64,000 nt of DNA from contig MCFE01000362.1 in NCBI GenBank assembly GCA_002104905.1, positions 1 to 64,000 of the forward strand, read 5' to 3'. The notes beneath the pieces are model-generated. The model saw nothing but the letters and a program-made list of their open reading frames with translations. It did no database searches and was not told the DNA's origin. The DNA comes from Basidiobolus meristosporus CBS 931.73. Its lineage: Eukaryota > Fungi > Basidiobolomycota. Positions 10,880 through 22,437 of this stretch are shown here, in pieces. The position numbers were made by a program, and so were the translations under genes. The stretch's first letter is position 1. Every line of letters starts with the position of its first letter.

Positions 10880-11353
10880 GCTGGGTTGGCGTGGGGTCCG
10901 CACTCAACTCTACCACACAGTCTTGTCGTCACTGCCGCTGATGATCACCTCGTTCGTGTGATCCCAGAGCACCGCCCCGTGCCCTTGAAGTCGGTTGAGA
11001 TCGGAGATCTGGTGATTTTTCTCCTGCCCGCTGGTGACGATCGAATCTCCCTCTGTTTCCGCGCAGCGACCGATATGGCCGTAGGGGAACGAATGGAGGG
11101 TCTCTCGGTTGCGAACGTCCCAAACTTTCCTAGAATGGTCCGTGAGTTACAACCGGTGACCGGGAAGATTTTGTGGTGGGCCTATGTACACCCGCCGGGA
11201 TACATATTTCCGTCGAACGTACGCCGTGAAATCCACCCAACCGGTGGCTGCTTTCGTGGCGTCTTTGCTCAGACGAGCCGCCCGTACCGCTCCCTTGTGG
11301 GTCCGTATCAGTACACGTACGAAGCAGGGTGGGGCAGAGGTGGTTCGTGGCAT
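10880..11353 (-). pseudogene. Degenerate STRAP/UNRIP-like WD40 gene fragment retaining an intron
   Basis: HKGAVRAARLSKDATKAATGWVDFTA | intron 11130-11222 (gtacgt..ttctag) | KVWDVRNRETLHSFPYGHI...TSGQEK...ISDLNR...IISGSDDKTV. This resembles STRAP (HKGAVW..LNKDATKAAT..ADFTAKVWD..GQDK..DDKTVRLWD). The N-terminus is missing, it has internal deletions and the frame breaks after DDKTV. Confidence 0.7.
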
Positions 11354-11663
11354 GATGCATTCATAACCCCTCCCCCCAGAGATTTTTTCTGCATCCTTCG
11401 CAATATGTTCCCAACTCCTCAACAATGCTGGGGCGGATATACTGGATCTAACGAACCCACTGCCTTCACGGGATCCCACCCACCCACGTGCGACCTCAAG
11501 CGAACGAACCCGTGTTGTGGCTGGTAAGAGTGGAAATGGCGAGGAACACTAGTCACTTTATGATATATATAAAAGAAAACCATAGAACTGAGAAAGCTGA
11601 ACAAATAAGATTTAGCTCGCAAATGGATGGTGGGGAGGGGAGGAGGTGGGGTAGAGTAGAGTA

Positions 11664-11686
11664 GGGTAGGGTAGGGTAGGGTAGGG
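11664..11686 (+). repeat. (GGGTA)n microsatellite with five G3 tracts, downstream of the CK2 beta stop
   Basis: gggtagggtagggtagggtaggg. Confidence 0.9.
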
Positions 11687-11749
11687 TGGTTGCATTCACT
11701 GACATCTCTCTGAACGATGGGATCGAATCGGGCTATGGCCACGTATCTA

Positions 11750-12688
11750 TCACGAGACGTCCATGTCTCGGCCGTTAAGGCGCTTCTGCTGCTCTTCTCG
11801 AATGCAGTCTTGGAACCTGTGCTGCTTGCTGATCTCGTGCACCTTGAAGCCGAAGATACGGGGGACGTAGCGTTCGGTGGACTTTGGCGGCACCAAGTGG
11901 GCGTACACCTGGAAGAGCATGTGTGGGAAGGAGGAACCGAAGTATGCCCCGTCGATACGTATCGATCCAAAGGGAAAGTGAGGTTAAGGATGATATGGCT
12001 CGGTTGGATGTCTGCATTCAAGTGGTGGATCAATGTTAGGAAGCAAAAGGATATTTGCATGTCTAGAGGATTTTGGGTTGTATATGTCTTCGCATCGACA
12101 GCAATAGAGCTTGACAGATCTTGTGAACGGGACATCGGAGAGACCGACCGGGAGCAGTGGGTGGTTGTAGCAGAGCACACGCGGGCATCTGCCGAACTCG
12201 GCCTTTTTGTACTTCTCCACCTATCGATTGATACCCACACGTTAGTCTCGATACCATGCCATTCATGGACTAAACAGGTGCAGTCGCGAAGCTGGTTTTC
12301 CTTTCTAAAATCATAAGAAACTGTCTACCGACCATCTTGGCGAGACCACGGTTGGTGAGCACGTATCTTGCATGAATGAGGCCGTAGAGATGGCGGGCGG
12401 ACTTCTCGACCGCCTGTCTCAGATCGTCGTCCAGTTCTTCATCTGTGCCCGAGGAATCTGTCAGTGTCAAGTAGGGTTTGGGTGCAGGAAGGTTATGGTA
12501 CCTAAGGAGTCGGTGATGAGATCAAGCGCCTGAACGTAGTGCTGGACCTCGGCATTCAAGCCGGTCAGGTTGAATCTATCCAAAATGTATTCCTCATCCA
12601 CTTCGCAGAAGTACTCGTTTCCTTTGGTGCTCAAGAACCAGTCGACCCAGTATTTCATGTAGTCGCTGTCCGAGTTACTGCTGCTCAT
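11750..12688 (-). CDS. CKB: Casein kinase II regulatory subunit beta (4 exons; third intron is U12-type AT-AC)
   Basis: [78 protein letters not shown]|[26 protein letters not shown]. Confidence 0.97.
11959..12054 (-). other. U12-type (minor spliceosome) AT-AC intron, 96 nt, phase 1
   Basis: 5' site ATATCCTTTT (12054-12045), branch TCCTTAAC (11990-11983), 3' end GATAC (ends at 11959). Removal joins cat gca a + gt atc gac ggg = HASIDG. Confidence 0.93.
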
Positions 12689-13436
12689 ATCATCCACTAG
12701 TGGGAGGGAAGTCGGGTTAGAGAGTTGGCAGTTGATCTGGCCCAAGAGCCGTTCAGGGCAGTGGCCCAGGAGCCTGTTTGGTGGGAAGACAAGAATGGTC
12801 CGCCAGGCCCCATAACGCTCTACTTACTGTTGCTTGTTTCTCAACCACTCGGAACCAGGACTAAGGAAGTATTGAGTATGGAGGTGGGTGGTTGCTTTTG
12901 AGGGGTGGGCGGAGCTAAATTTAGCACTATGATAATATTCTCTTGGTTGTCTCCTGGGTAAAGAAATTCTTCCACCATTGATAAGATATTGGGAAATTGC
13001 CGTAGACAGGGAATTCCCATATTAAACCGAGAAAAATCGACCCATTAGTGAGGGAATCCCGATGATTTAGCCAATACAGTGCATCTGGTGGATGGCCATC
13101 GAGCCAATGATGGCTCGTGAAAGCTTTCGACCAAACTTCAGTTGTCAACATGGAAAAAGCCGATGCTCTAATGAGGCTCGAGGTGCAAGGCTTGCAGGGC
13201 AGCCTGTAAACAAGACAATCATGATGGTTGGTGTTTATGGAGGGTTGTTGGTGCGTGCTACAAAATCGTATTGTACAACAAATCGATGGGATTATGTGCA
13301 ATTTATCAGCGCTGGAGAAGTGTAGTCACACGAACAAGGAAGGGATGGCGGCGGGTGAGTTTAAAAAAGATCGATCATTTATATCACATGCAAAAGTTCA
13401 AGAAATATAGACAATTACAGATGTCATGTCTGACGC

Positions 13437-16400
13437 TTAATTCGTCGTTTCGACGGGTGGTTGGGGGGTAGGCTTCTCTTCCTGGCTGTCGCTTGGGGGA
13501 GGGTTTGCCACTGCAGCATGGTCGCCTGGAACTGGCGCCTGCTTCTCTTCAACCCGCTCCTGGTCCGCGGCGGTCTTTTCGTCCGGCTTGGCCTGCTTGT
13601 TGGTGGTTCTATTGAGTATTTGGGTGGGCAGTGTTAAATGGTTCAATGTTTCTTGGGAGGATTTCTTGTTGACTCCCGACTTGGCCCGGAACGACATCAG
13701 TGATTCGCGAATCCCGGCTACGGAATCCTTTTCTTTGCTCGTTGGAGTGCTGGCCTTGCTTAGAGTTCCGTTGGGTGAGGTGCCGGAATCCTGGCTCTTC
13801 CACCTTCTCCAGCCCTCGAAGTCGATCAGCGCCTGCATGCATCCCCACTCCATGATCTTCTTCTCCAGCCATACAAGCGACACCGGCTTGGTCAAGAAGT
13901 CATTACAGCCCGCAGCCAAGGCGGCGTGACGATCCGATTGCAGGGACGAGGCAGTCAGCGCCAGGATAATCACCGGGGAGCAGAATGGCGAGGTCGGTGA
14001 TGTGGGGTTGGAGCTGTTGTGGGAATTGAAGGATCCGCCACCCAGCACGCCTATCTTCTGCATCTTTTCGATGCTTCGGATTTTCTTCGTCGCCTCGATG
14101 CCGTCCATGACCGGCAATTGGATATCCATCTAAAGTGAGACGGTCCGGTGAGACCAGGTGCTTCGCGCGCAATGTCTAGAGCAACTTACCAGAACCAAAT
14201 GGAATCCGCCCTCCTTCCATTTCTCCACTGCCTCGAGTCCGTTGTTCGCCACGGAGTACTTGATCTTCCGCTTTCTCATAAACGTGGAAAGAATGGTTTG
14301 ATTGATAGGGTTATCTACATTGGTCGGTGAGATATGGGTGAGTGGCGAGGGGGGATTCAGGACGACGCTATTTCACGCTTACCTTCGACGATTAGCACGT
14401 TGATGGGTGGGCTAACTACACTGGACAGGGCAGAGGTTGACTTGGAGGTGTTGCTGGACGGTCTGGATGCTTTCTTTTTCTGGCCGCCCTTCGATTTGGT
14501 CTTGGGTGGTGTGGGGGTTGGTAGAGGCTGGGTTGGGGGAAGCGGGGCCGAGAGCGGAGTGGGCAGAGGGGCGATGCGTGGGATTGGCGAAGCAATCGCT
14601 GGTGCGGGCACGGGGGAGCCTTTGGATCGAGTGATCACCGTAGGAGGCAGAGCGATCGGTTTCCCATTGATCATTGGTGAGCCCAATGGGGGGCGGCCAT
14701 TCGTTCCCGGGGTTGGGACTGGAGTAGTCTTCGACGGGCTTTGGTCCGAGGTTCTACGATTGAGGAAGGGTGTGACACGAGAGAGGGCCGAGACAATCGG
14801 CTTCTGCCCGTTGGAAGCATATTGCTTGGGATCAAAAACGATGGTTCCAGCAATGGGTGTAGCAGTGCCATTATTGGGAGTTGGTACAACCAAGGAGTCC
14901 ATTGACGAGTCGGTCGGGGGGCGGTACGTGTCAAAGTTGATCATGTCCATCGGGTTCTTCTCCTCCTCCTTGGTGTGGTGGTACCGGAGCCCGGGGCTCA
15001 TAGGGGAGGTGGCAATGGGGACATACGAAGGATCGACCTTGGGCTTCATCACTGCAGTGTAGAGGGCGGTCAACAATCTCTTGGGTCCAACTGGTTTGGG
15101 AATCACCAGGACCTGCGGGGGAAGCAGGTGATGAGGCATCATCAGCAGAGAATACACCTCATCCTTGATGAGTTGGTAGTTCGAGAGCGAGGTGAAATGA
15201 ATGATCGATGTTATCAGATGGTTACTCAGGAACTCCATGCGCTTGTGTCTACGGTGCTGGTGGTTCGAGAAGTTGAACGCCGGGTTGTTGCGAAGCGAGA
15301 TGAATTGATCACGCAGAGTCTTCACGTCGTCGTCGATGATGATGAACGAGGGTGGAACATGGAACTTCGAGGCATCCTCGGCAGCCTGACTGCCTTCCAC
15401 CGGAGTTCCGTTGACCGTTTTGGCCCCGTCGCTCGCAGCCGTGGTGGCTGGTGGCTCTGAGGGGGTGTCGATCGAGATGTGGGTGATGTCGGTGCCCCAG
15501 ATGGTGAGACACGAGGTTAGGTGCTTGGCGAAGGTCGAATGGTTCTTGGCGTGGAGGGCAACCTTCAGGCCACGAAGGGTGTTTGAAAAGGAGGTTAACT
15601 CCTTCACGGTGGGTTCATCGGAGATTTTGGGGCGAGATTTTGACTCGTTTGAATCGCGCCCAGCTTTCGGGCGCTCCTCTGATTTCGGGCGTGTCGTGGG
15701 CACCTTGAAAAGCAGGCTGATCGTCTGGCTGGTTTCCTTGCTTTCGATCTGGATCTCGCCGCCCTGCTCCTCGATCAGCTTTTTCGTGAACAGGTCGTTT
15801 GAGTACGGCTCGAGCCTCGATTCTTGGGGTGATGCTTTCGGCGTGTGCACCACTTCGATCGTGCATTGCTGAATGGTCGTCTGTTGCGAATCACGGCCAT
15901 TCTCCAGGTCCGAAGCAAATTGCAGCCCCAGCTCAATGGCTGTGAGCACCTTCGTAGAGGCGATCACCCTCTTGACTGTCTAGAAACAATAGATGAGCAG
16001 CTGAACAGTGAGGTCGCATTGAAAAGATGGGTTCTTACTGTGATCAGTATGTGGCGAAACACTTCCTCGTTCCCAAGCACCCTCGTATGATGCAGGCCGC
16101 TATCACCATGGCATAGGACCAACTCGATGTTTGCCTCGGCTGCGGTGCCAGCGAGTATATCTCCGATGCTTTGAATGAGATCTCCAATTTCGAACTCTGT
16201 CTTCTTGGAGAGAATCGCGCGGAATCGGTGGTTCGTTAGCTTGTCGTTCAGAAACAACTGGCTAATCACGTCCAAATGAGTGGACAAATTGGTGATGTGA
16301 CTGAGAGAGGAGTGTATTGCCGTCACCGAGGCTGTGGGTATTGGAATAGAGCAGGCGGACACATGCTCCTGAGGTTTGAGCAGAAGTTCACGGGGCGAAA

Positions 16401-17184
16401 GTTGTTGTACAGTTTGAACGACCATCGACGTAGCGTCGCCAAACTCCGTGGCCATGATTTTGACGAGCTTGTTGCTGGCGAGGGAGTTCTCGGCAAGGAT
16501 CTTGCTAACTCTGTCGCTGGCTTTCTTCAGCTCTTCCGCGATGAGGGTGGAAAGATCTTTCTGGTTGTTTTCGAGTGCGGTGAGGAAGCAGAGGGATAAA
16601 GCAAAGAAGGGTGAGGCTAAAAGCAAAACACTATCGAAAAGCGAGGTCTCCACAGCCAGATATGCTCCAGGTAGCCACGAGGAGAACGCAGCATACTCAA
16701 TCGAGGTGGTAAAGGCTAGCAACATCGTGGTGAGAAAGGCCACAAGGTAGAGTGAGAATAAGAAGAGTGAGACGATTAGAGAAAGAGACAGGCTGTTGTG
16801 CAGGGTGGTAAGCTTCCGATCCAAGGTAAAGAAAGAGTAACCCCAGAAGCAAAGCTGGCCAACATACGAAAAGTAAAAAGGCGAAAATAGCAGGGAAGTC
16901 GGGGTGAAATCGGCTCTGGTAAACGCCTTCATCGAGAGCCCCCCAACGGAGCACAAAATGCAAAGACAATAGCCAAGCTTTGTCGAGTTGTTGAGCAAAG
17001 TAAGTATGCTTGCCGAGTTGCGTAACAATAGTGCGTTCGTTCCATCGATCGAAAATGCCGGCTCTGAAGGTGGCGAGCTTACGTTGGGCTCGGTGAAAGT
17101 GGCCTCCATCGGAGCTGTCGTGTCTGCTTGGATGGGATCCTTGTTTTCGTCTCCGTGGGGCCGTTCAATCGCTTTGTTGCCCAT
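13437..17184 (-). CDS. SSK1: Ssk1-type two-component response regulator with an N-terminal hydrophobic region, degenerate kinase-like region and C-terminal receiver (4 exons)
   Basis: Receiver PPINVLIVE|DNPINQTILSTFMRKRKI..GGFHLVL|MDIQLPVMDGIEATKKIR, plus IILALTASSLQSDRHAALAAGCNDFLTKPVSLVWLEKKIMEWGCMQALIDF. Also VIPKPVGPKRLLTALYTA and EFEIGDLIQSIGD. Start Met at 17184 is inferred. Confidence 0.9.
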
Positions 17185-17855
17185 TTTGAGAGGGGTTGGA
17201 GCCAAGAATTCACAGTAACTGGCTATCACAAGTCCAATCCGTGTATACAAGGGAAAAGGCAATTTTTTGGTCGCCGTCCGTTGGGATGCTGATACTCAGA
17301 AAATACTAGGCAGGGGAATGGAGGGAGGGAGAATACGGAATACGGTCTAGTACGGGGCAAGCCAGAAGAACAAGAGCAGATTCGGAATATTGGGCAACAA
17401 ATCCTTATTCCTAGAGGATTTTATCAGAAACTACGATCTTAAACACTCGATTCAGATGGCGATATTCGCGAGAAACTGGAAATCAAAATGGGCCATGATA
17501 GGAACCCCAAAACAGGATCGGTTCGAGGAATTCAATGGAGAAAAGATCAAAGCTCTACGTCAAGCTCTATGTCGTACAGTTCTGGAGATCGTCCGACTGT
17601 TGAGGTAATGGCTACTCCAGGAAGGGCGAGCAGGTGATATAAGAATGAGTGATGGCATGAGCTAGGGAGGCCCACTTACTGACAACTTGTCACCGGCGGG
17701 TTTCGGATAACTCGAGCCGATTCAAAAAAACAAGTGAAACGTCACACCATTTTAATCAATAGCTTTAATGAGGAGGATGCGATGAGTGAGATTTGTATGG
17801 AGATCACGAATAATTAGAGAACAAGTGCAGCGCAATGGGCCAAGAATAGTTGGAT

Positions 17856-20800
17856 TCACTGAAGAGCAAAGGCCAGCCTCTTCATTGTAACGAAGCCTTG
17901 GGCGGTGAATCCAAGACCAATCTTGACAAATCCAAGAACAAGGTCTGGCTCCTCTTTGGAGAGCTTGTCGTATGTGGCCTTGTCCAGCTTCCAGAGTACG
18001 CTATCAACCTCCGCCACCAGAGTGTCCCGATGCAATTGGTCGGTAAACATGGTCATTTCTCCGACCATCACTCCGGGGATCACGGTCTCTATCACTTTGC
18101 TATGCTGATTCATCTCCACCGAGAAATGCAGAAGCCCTTGCTCGACCAGGTACAGTGCACTCGGCTCATCATCCTGGTCCCAGAGAATGCTGTCAGCCTC
18201 AACCTCGACTCGCTGGAAATGCACACTAATCCTACGGAGGATATCCTCGTAGTTGTCGAATGCTGTCTGTTCAAAGATTTGGAGGAGCAGCGCTAGTGGC
18301 TGGTTGATCTGGGCAAGGGATTTGCGGGTATGAAGCTCGTCATTGAGCGCGGTGCGGGCGGCATTCTTCAGCAGTCGATGGCGGGGGGAGGCAGCGACGG
18401 CAGAGATCTCTGAGCGGGTATCGTATCTATCAGGAATGTCTATGCTGCTCGGGCTGGCAAGTAGTGCGGCACGAATAAGATAATCCGCCTGAAGCAAGAT
18501 GTTTTCGCACCATTCCAATGCCGCATTCAGATCCTGGAAGTTTTGGACATGTGGGTCGTCAAAGCCACCCCATATATGGAAAGCACGCAGCGCCACGCCA
18601 ATATCCGAGTCAGCACTGACCCCGGAGACCACCATGTATACATCGTTGTTCTTCAAAAGTCTTTTGACACGAACGAACGCCTCAGCTGCACTGAAATCAA
18701 GCCCCTGGACCAACTGGAAGTCCAGTACCAGGAAACGGATGGGGTTCATGGCCCATTGTCTTGCATCGAGAACCTCCCGAATCGTATTTTCAACCCCATT
18801 GATGGACCCAAAGAACATGAAGCCTTGGAGTCGCAGCACTTGGATCATGGAGCCGACCTCGTTCAAAAAGCGTTGCTGTAAGCGTGGTCTACGTACCGTA
18901 CTCTTGGCAGTAAGTCCAGTCAACGAGGCCCGGATGGCTCTACGAGTGCTACACAAATAAACGAAGAAGAAGCAAGCCAACACAACTCCAATAAACATTC
19001 CCTCGATGAAGCCGAAAATGGCCATTGAAATGACAATCGTCAATATCGTGGTGTACTCCAACAAATCCACCTGGCCGATGGGGTCCCAGATTCCCTCTTT
19101 CATCAGCTCCATGCCAATATGGAAGATCAAGCCACCAACCACCATGGTTGGAATATAGCCAACCATGGTGGGGCCAAGTAGGAATATGATGGTGGTGCCT
19201 AAGGCCAACATCATGCCTGCTACTCTAGAATCGCCTCCGCATTTGATGAAGAGGGTGCTGGTAGAATACATCAAATAGTCTAACGAGGCTGGTCAGGGAC
19301 GTGCCATATGAACGAGTGTGGAGAGAGTGCTTACTTTGGAAAGAACCAAGGAAACCGGAGCCTAGGTTGGAATAGCCGTGGGCAACCAATTCCTTGTTAA
19401 CGTCCACATTGTCTTGGTTGTTGGATACCGCCAAGGCAGGAACGTTGATGGGCACGTGCAAAATTCCTGATGGGAGGAAGGATAAAGTTTGAGTTTCCCA
19501 CGCTTGATGCAGGTCAGTATAAATGTAGCTAACCAAAGAAAGTTAATGCGGAGATCACCGGCATCAAGGAGGGTAGTGTTTTCCAACTTGTTTGCGAGAA
19601 ATCTAAAAGCAAACCAGGTTAATTCGACGAAGATCGACAAGTCGCCCGAGGGTATCTACCAAAATGGGTCCAATAATCGTAGAATGGCTTGGACTCGGGT
19701 AATGGGAATACCCACCCGGCGGTGCGAAGCTCTTCGAGGCTCCAGCCTCCAATGAATACAACGGAGTAGAAGAAGACAGGGATGGCGAGGAAGAAGCAAG
19801 GAACAAACATTGGGTGCTGGATTTTCCTTTGCAGGATTCTCATGAGCAAGGCGGCACCAAGACTGCTAGCCCAAAGAGCCAACACAGCGGGCTCGAAATA
19901 GGCTTTGAGGATTTCGGGGGAGAATGAGAAGGAGGGGACTCTGGAGGAGACCTCGATGGCAGTCTGGAACAAAAACCAACCAACACCGCCTAGGAAATCG
20001 GAGCTGTGAGTGAAAGTAATTGGTTAGGTGTGAATGAGCAGTCTTACCAATGCATCCGACCAGAATGTGTCTAGGGAAGAATCCTACAAGGGAGCCAAGC
20101 TTGAACACTCCCAGGAGCATGAAGGTCAATCCCGTAAATATGGTGGCAACGGCATAACCAACCATCACTGTAGCAATCACAGCTTTGGGGTTATTCTCAC
20201 CTACATCGCGAATCACAATGTCGCAGCTAAAGAAATGCTTAGGGAGGCTACCTCACGTGATTAATGTGCAATGGACCTACATTGTATACAAGAACGGAAT
20301 CACTGGATTGGAGGACTCGACGTTAGACGCCATGATTCCACAGGATCTACGAGTGGTGTACGCTTACCTTCAAGCATCATGCCTGCATTGGCACCTTTGA
20401 ATGCACTGCCGCCAGCCGAAAACACGATCTGACCTATAATGCAGCTCACCAGATACATGGAAATCCCATCAGGGCCAAAGCTTGCGAAGATAGGGTGGGC
20501 GGTCGGAAAGCAAATAAACCCATATGACACAGCATTCAACAAGTTCAGAATAACCCCCAATGCCACTGCGGGTAGAAACTGCGCCGAGTATTTCAAAAAC
20601 TCGATGGGGTTCGTGGGGATAACTTCCTTGGGCTCAGCTGGTGTCTCCCTTGTGTAATGGGTTGAGTAGATAGATCTGGCAATGCTTTTACGCCTACTCC
20701 ACATTGCTGACACGCTGTCATCCTCCGGATCCTCATCCACTGGCACATAGGAATTGGGAACTGCCCCGTATCCCTTCACCAGTAGAGACAGCCTTTCCGG

Positions 20801-21402
20801 ATCGATATTCGGCGTATGGGAGTACGCTTCATCCACAGGCTCATCTTCGGCGTGGTCGTCATCGATCATCCCGACAGTTGCTCTGACCACGGCATCCATC
20901 AGAGTCATGTGTCTATCAGTGCGGTGAAATGTCGAGTATGAGGAGGCAGCATCGATATTATCCGGATCATTTGGGTGGCCGTAGAGTGAACCATAATTGA
21001 TCCCACTCGAACGGTAGCTACCTATGTCTACAGTGGGCGTTTGACGAAGAGAGGCCCCGTGGGCTAATGGAGAGGCGATGGAGTAACTTGGGGCCGCGGT
21101 ATTGTTGCTGACGCTCTGACTATTGTTCAAAGTGTGACCGACACCACTTGATTCATTCAAGACCCAATTGCTGAGCGCCAGAGTTTGTGAACGAAGTGTT
21201 TCCGGCGAAACTGAATACTCGTGGCCTAATGCAGAAAGCAATTGTCATTTAGGTCAAGTCTTTTCTGGCTGTAGTGGAGAGGAATTTCGCAGTATTTACC
21301 TCCATCTAGGTCCCCTTGGGAACGGCCAAAAATTGATCTGACACTCTTTCGCTTTCTAAGACTGTGAGCCGGGTTCTCGATATTAACGTTGACACTATCC
21401 AT
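17856..21402 (-). CDS. VSB1: SulP-family transporter with STAS and cNMP-binding domains (VSB1/YGR125W-like vacuolar transporter), multi-exon
   Basis: [89 protein letters not shown] and a cNMP domain (LYLVEQG..GVMVGEM). First exon 21402-21292 inferred. Confidence 0.92.
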
Positions 21403-22437
21403 ACTTAGTTATTGACAAAGTAATGGCGTGTTATATGGATATGAGAGAGAGAGAGAGATAGAAAGGGGTAGTTTTTTCTTTATGCGGGTATGGTACAGAG
21501 TAGTCACTCCAACTAAAAAAGCATTTGCTATACAAAGAATCGCTCTTGTAGAAGTGGCCTGGAATGGTAGCCAACCTATTTATATGCTGCCAAAAGAAAG
21601 GATTTTAATTGGTTGGATTGACGGAAATTCTCCATAGATGTTTACCATACCACTGACCGAGAAGCTGGTACCACCCCCAGCAAGTGTGATCAATGGTGCA
21701 CAATATGTATGAAATCAGCATCACGATAAACCGCCCAATCCATTCACATCAAATGAGCCGCGCAAAAGACGACATTGACCGATGCTTTACGTCAACTTTA
21801 CCGACCAAAGCTCACTCGAGGAAACGCAGCGAAGAGCAGATCCGTAAATGGCAATCCCAATAATCGGGGGGTTCAGGTGGCCGATCGAATTTGAGGTGAA
21901 CCTCGAGGAATAGTTACACGGTGATGAAGAAAGCACCACTTGGAGACTGATGGTTACCGTTAGTGGCTCCACCCAAATTTAGCATAATTAATTTGAAGTG
22001 CGTTTGGTCAGGAATTATTGGATGTTACCATTGCAAGTAATATTTGTAGAAAAGCTTATTCTTTTGTAGAGAAGCTATACTGCTGTCAGTATGTATCTGT
22101 TAATGATTCCAACGTTACACGCTTGGATAAGCAGGCCAAGCGCATACAACCACATAACCATCGCGCAATAACGTAACTAGACAATGGGCATTATCCCCCA
22201 AAGAGTTGGAATTCTAGACGTGCATTGAATACATGTCGCTCAAAAGATGCCTGGGATTCTCAGTCCAAAATAAGGCGGTTTTACTGCTAGATGGTGAACG
22301 GGCCTATTTATCTTGAGTTAATCATCATTATTGGGCCACATAGCTACCAACTAATAAATATAGCGTAGATGTAGCAATCCCAGTGCTACTGATGTTTATT
22401 GAAGGTTCAAGTTACAATGATGACTCTGATATTCTAT

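Noticed and set aside
10796-11527. 243-aa plus-strand ORF
   Set aside because: It lies antisense to the STRAP-like relic in GC-rich DNA and shows no recognisable domain; most likely a shadow ORF.
11717-12316. 199-aa plus-strand ORF
   Set aside because: Antisense shadow of CK2 beta exons.
14334-15872. Several long plus-strand ORFs (242, 161, 153 aa)
   Set aside because: Antisense shadows of the GC-rich SSK1 exon.
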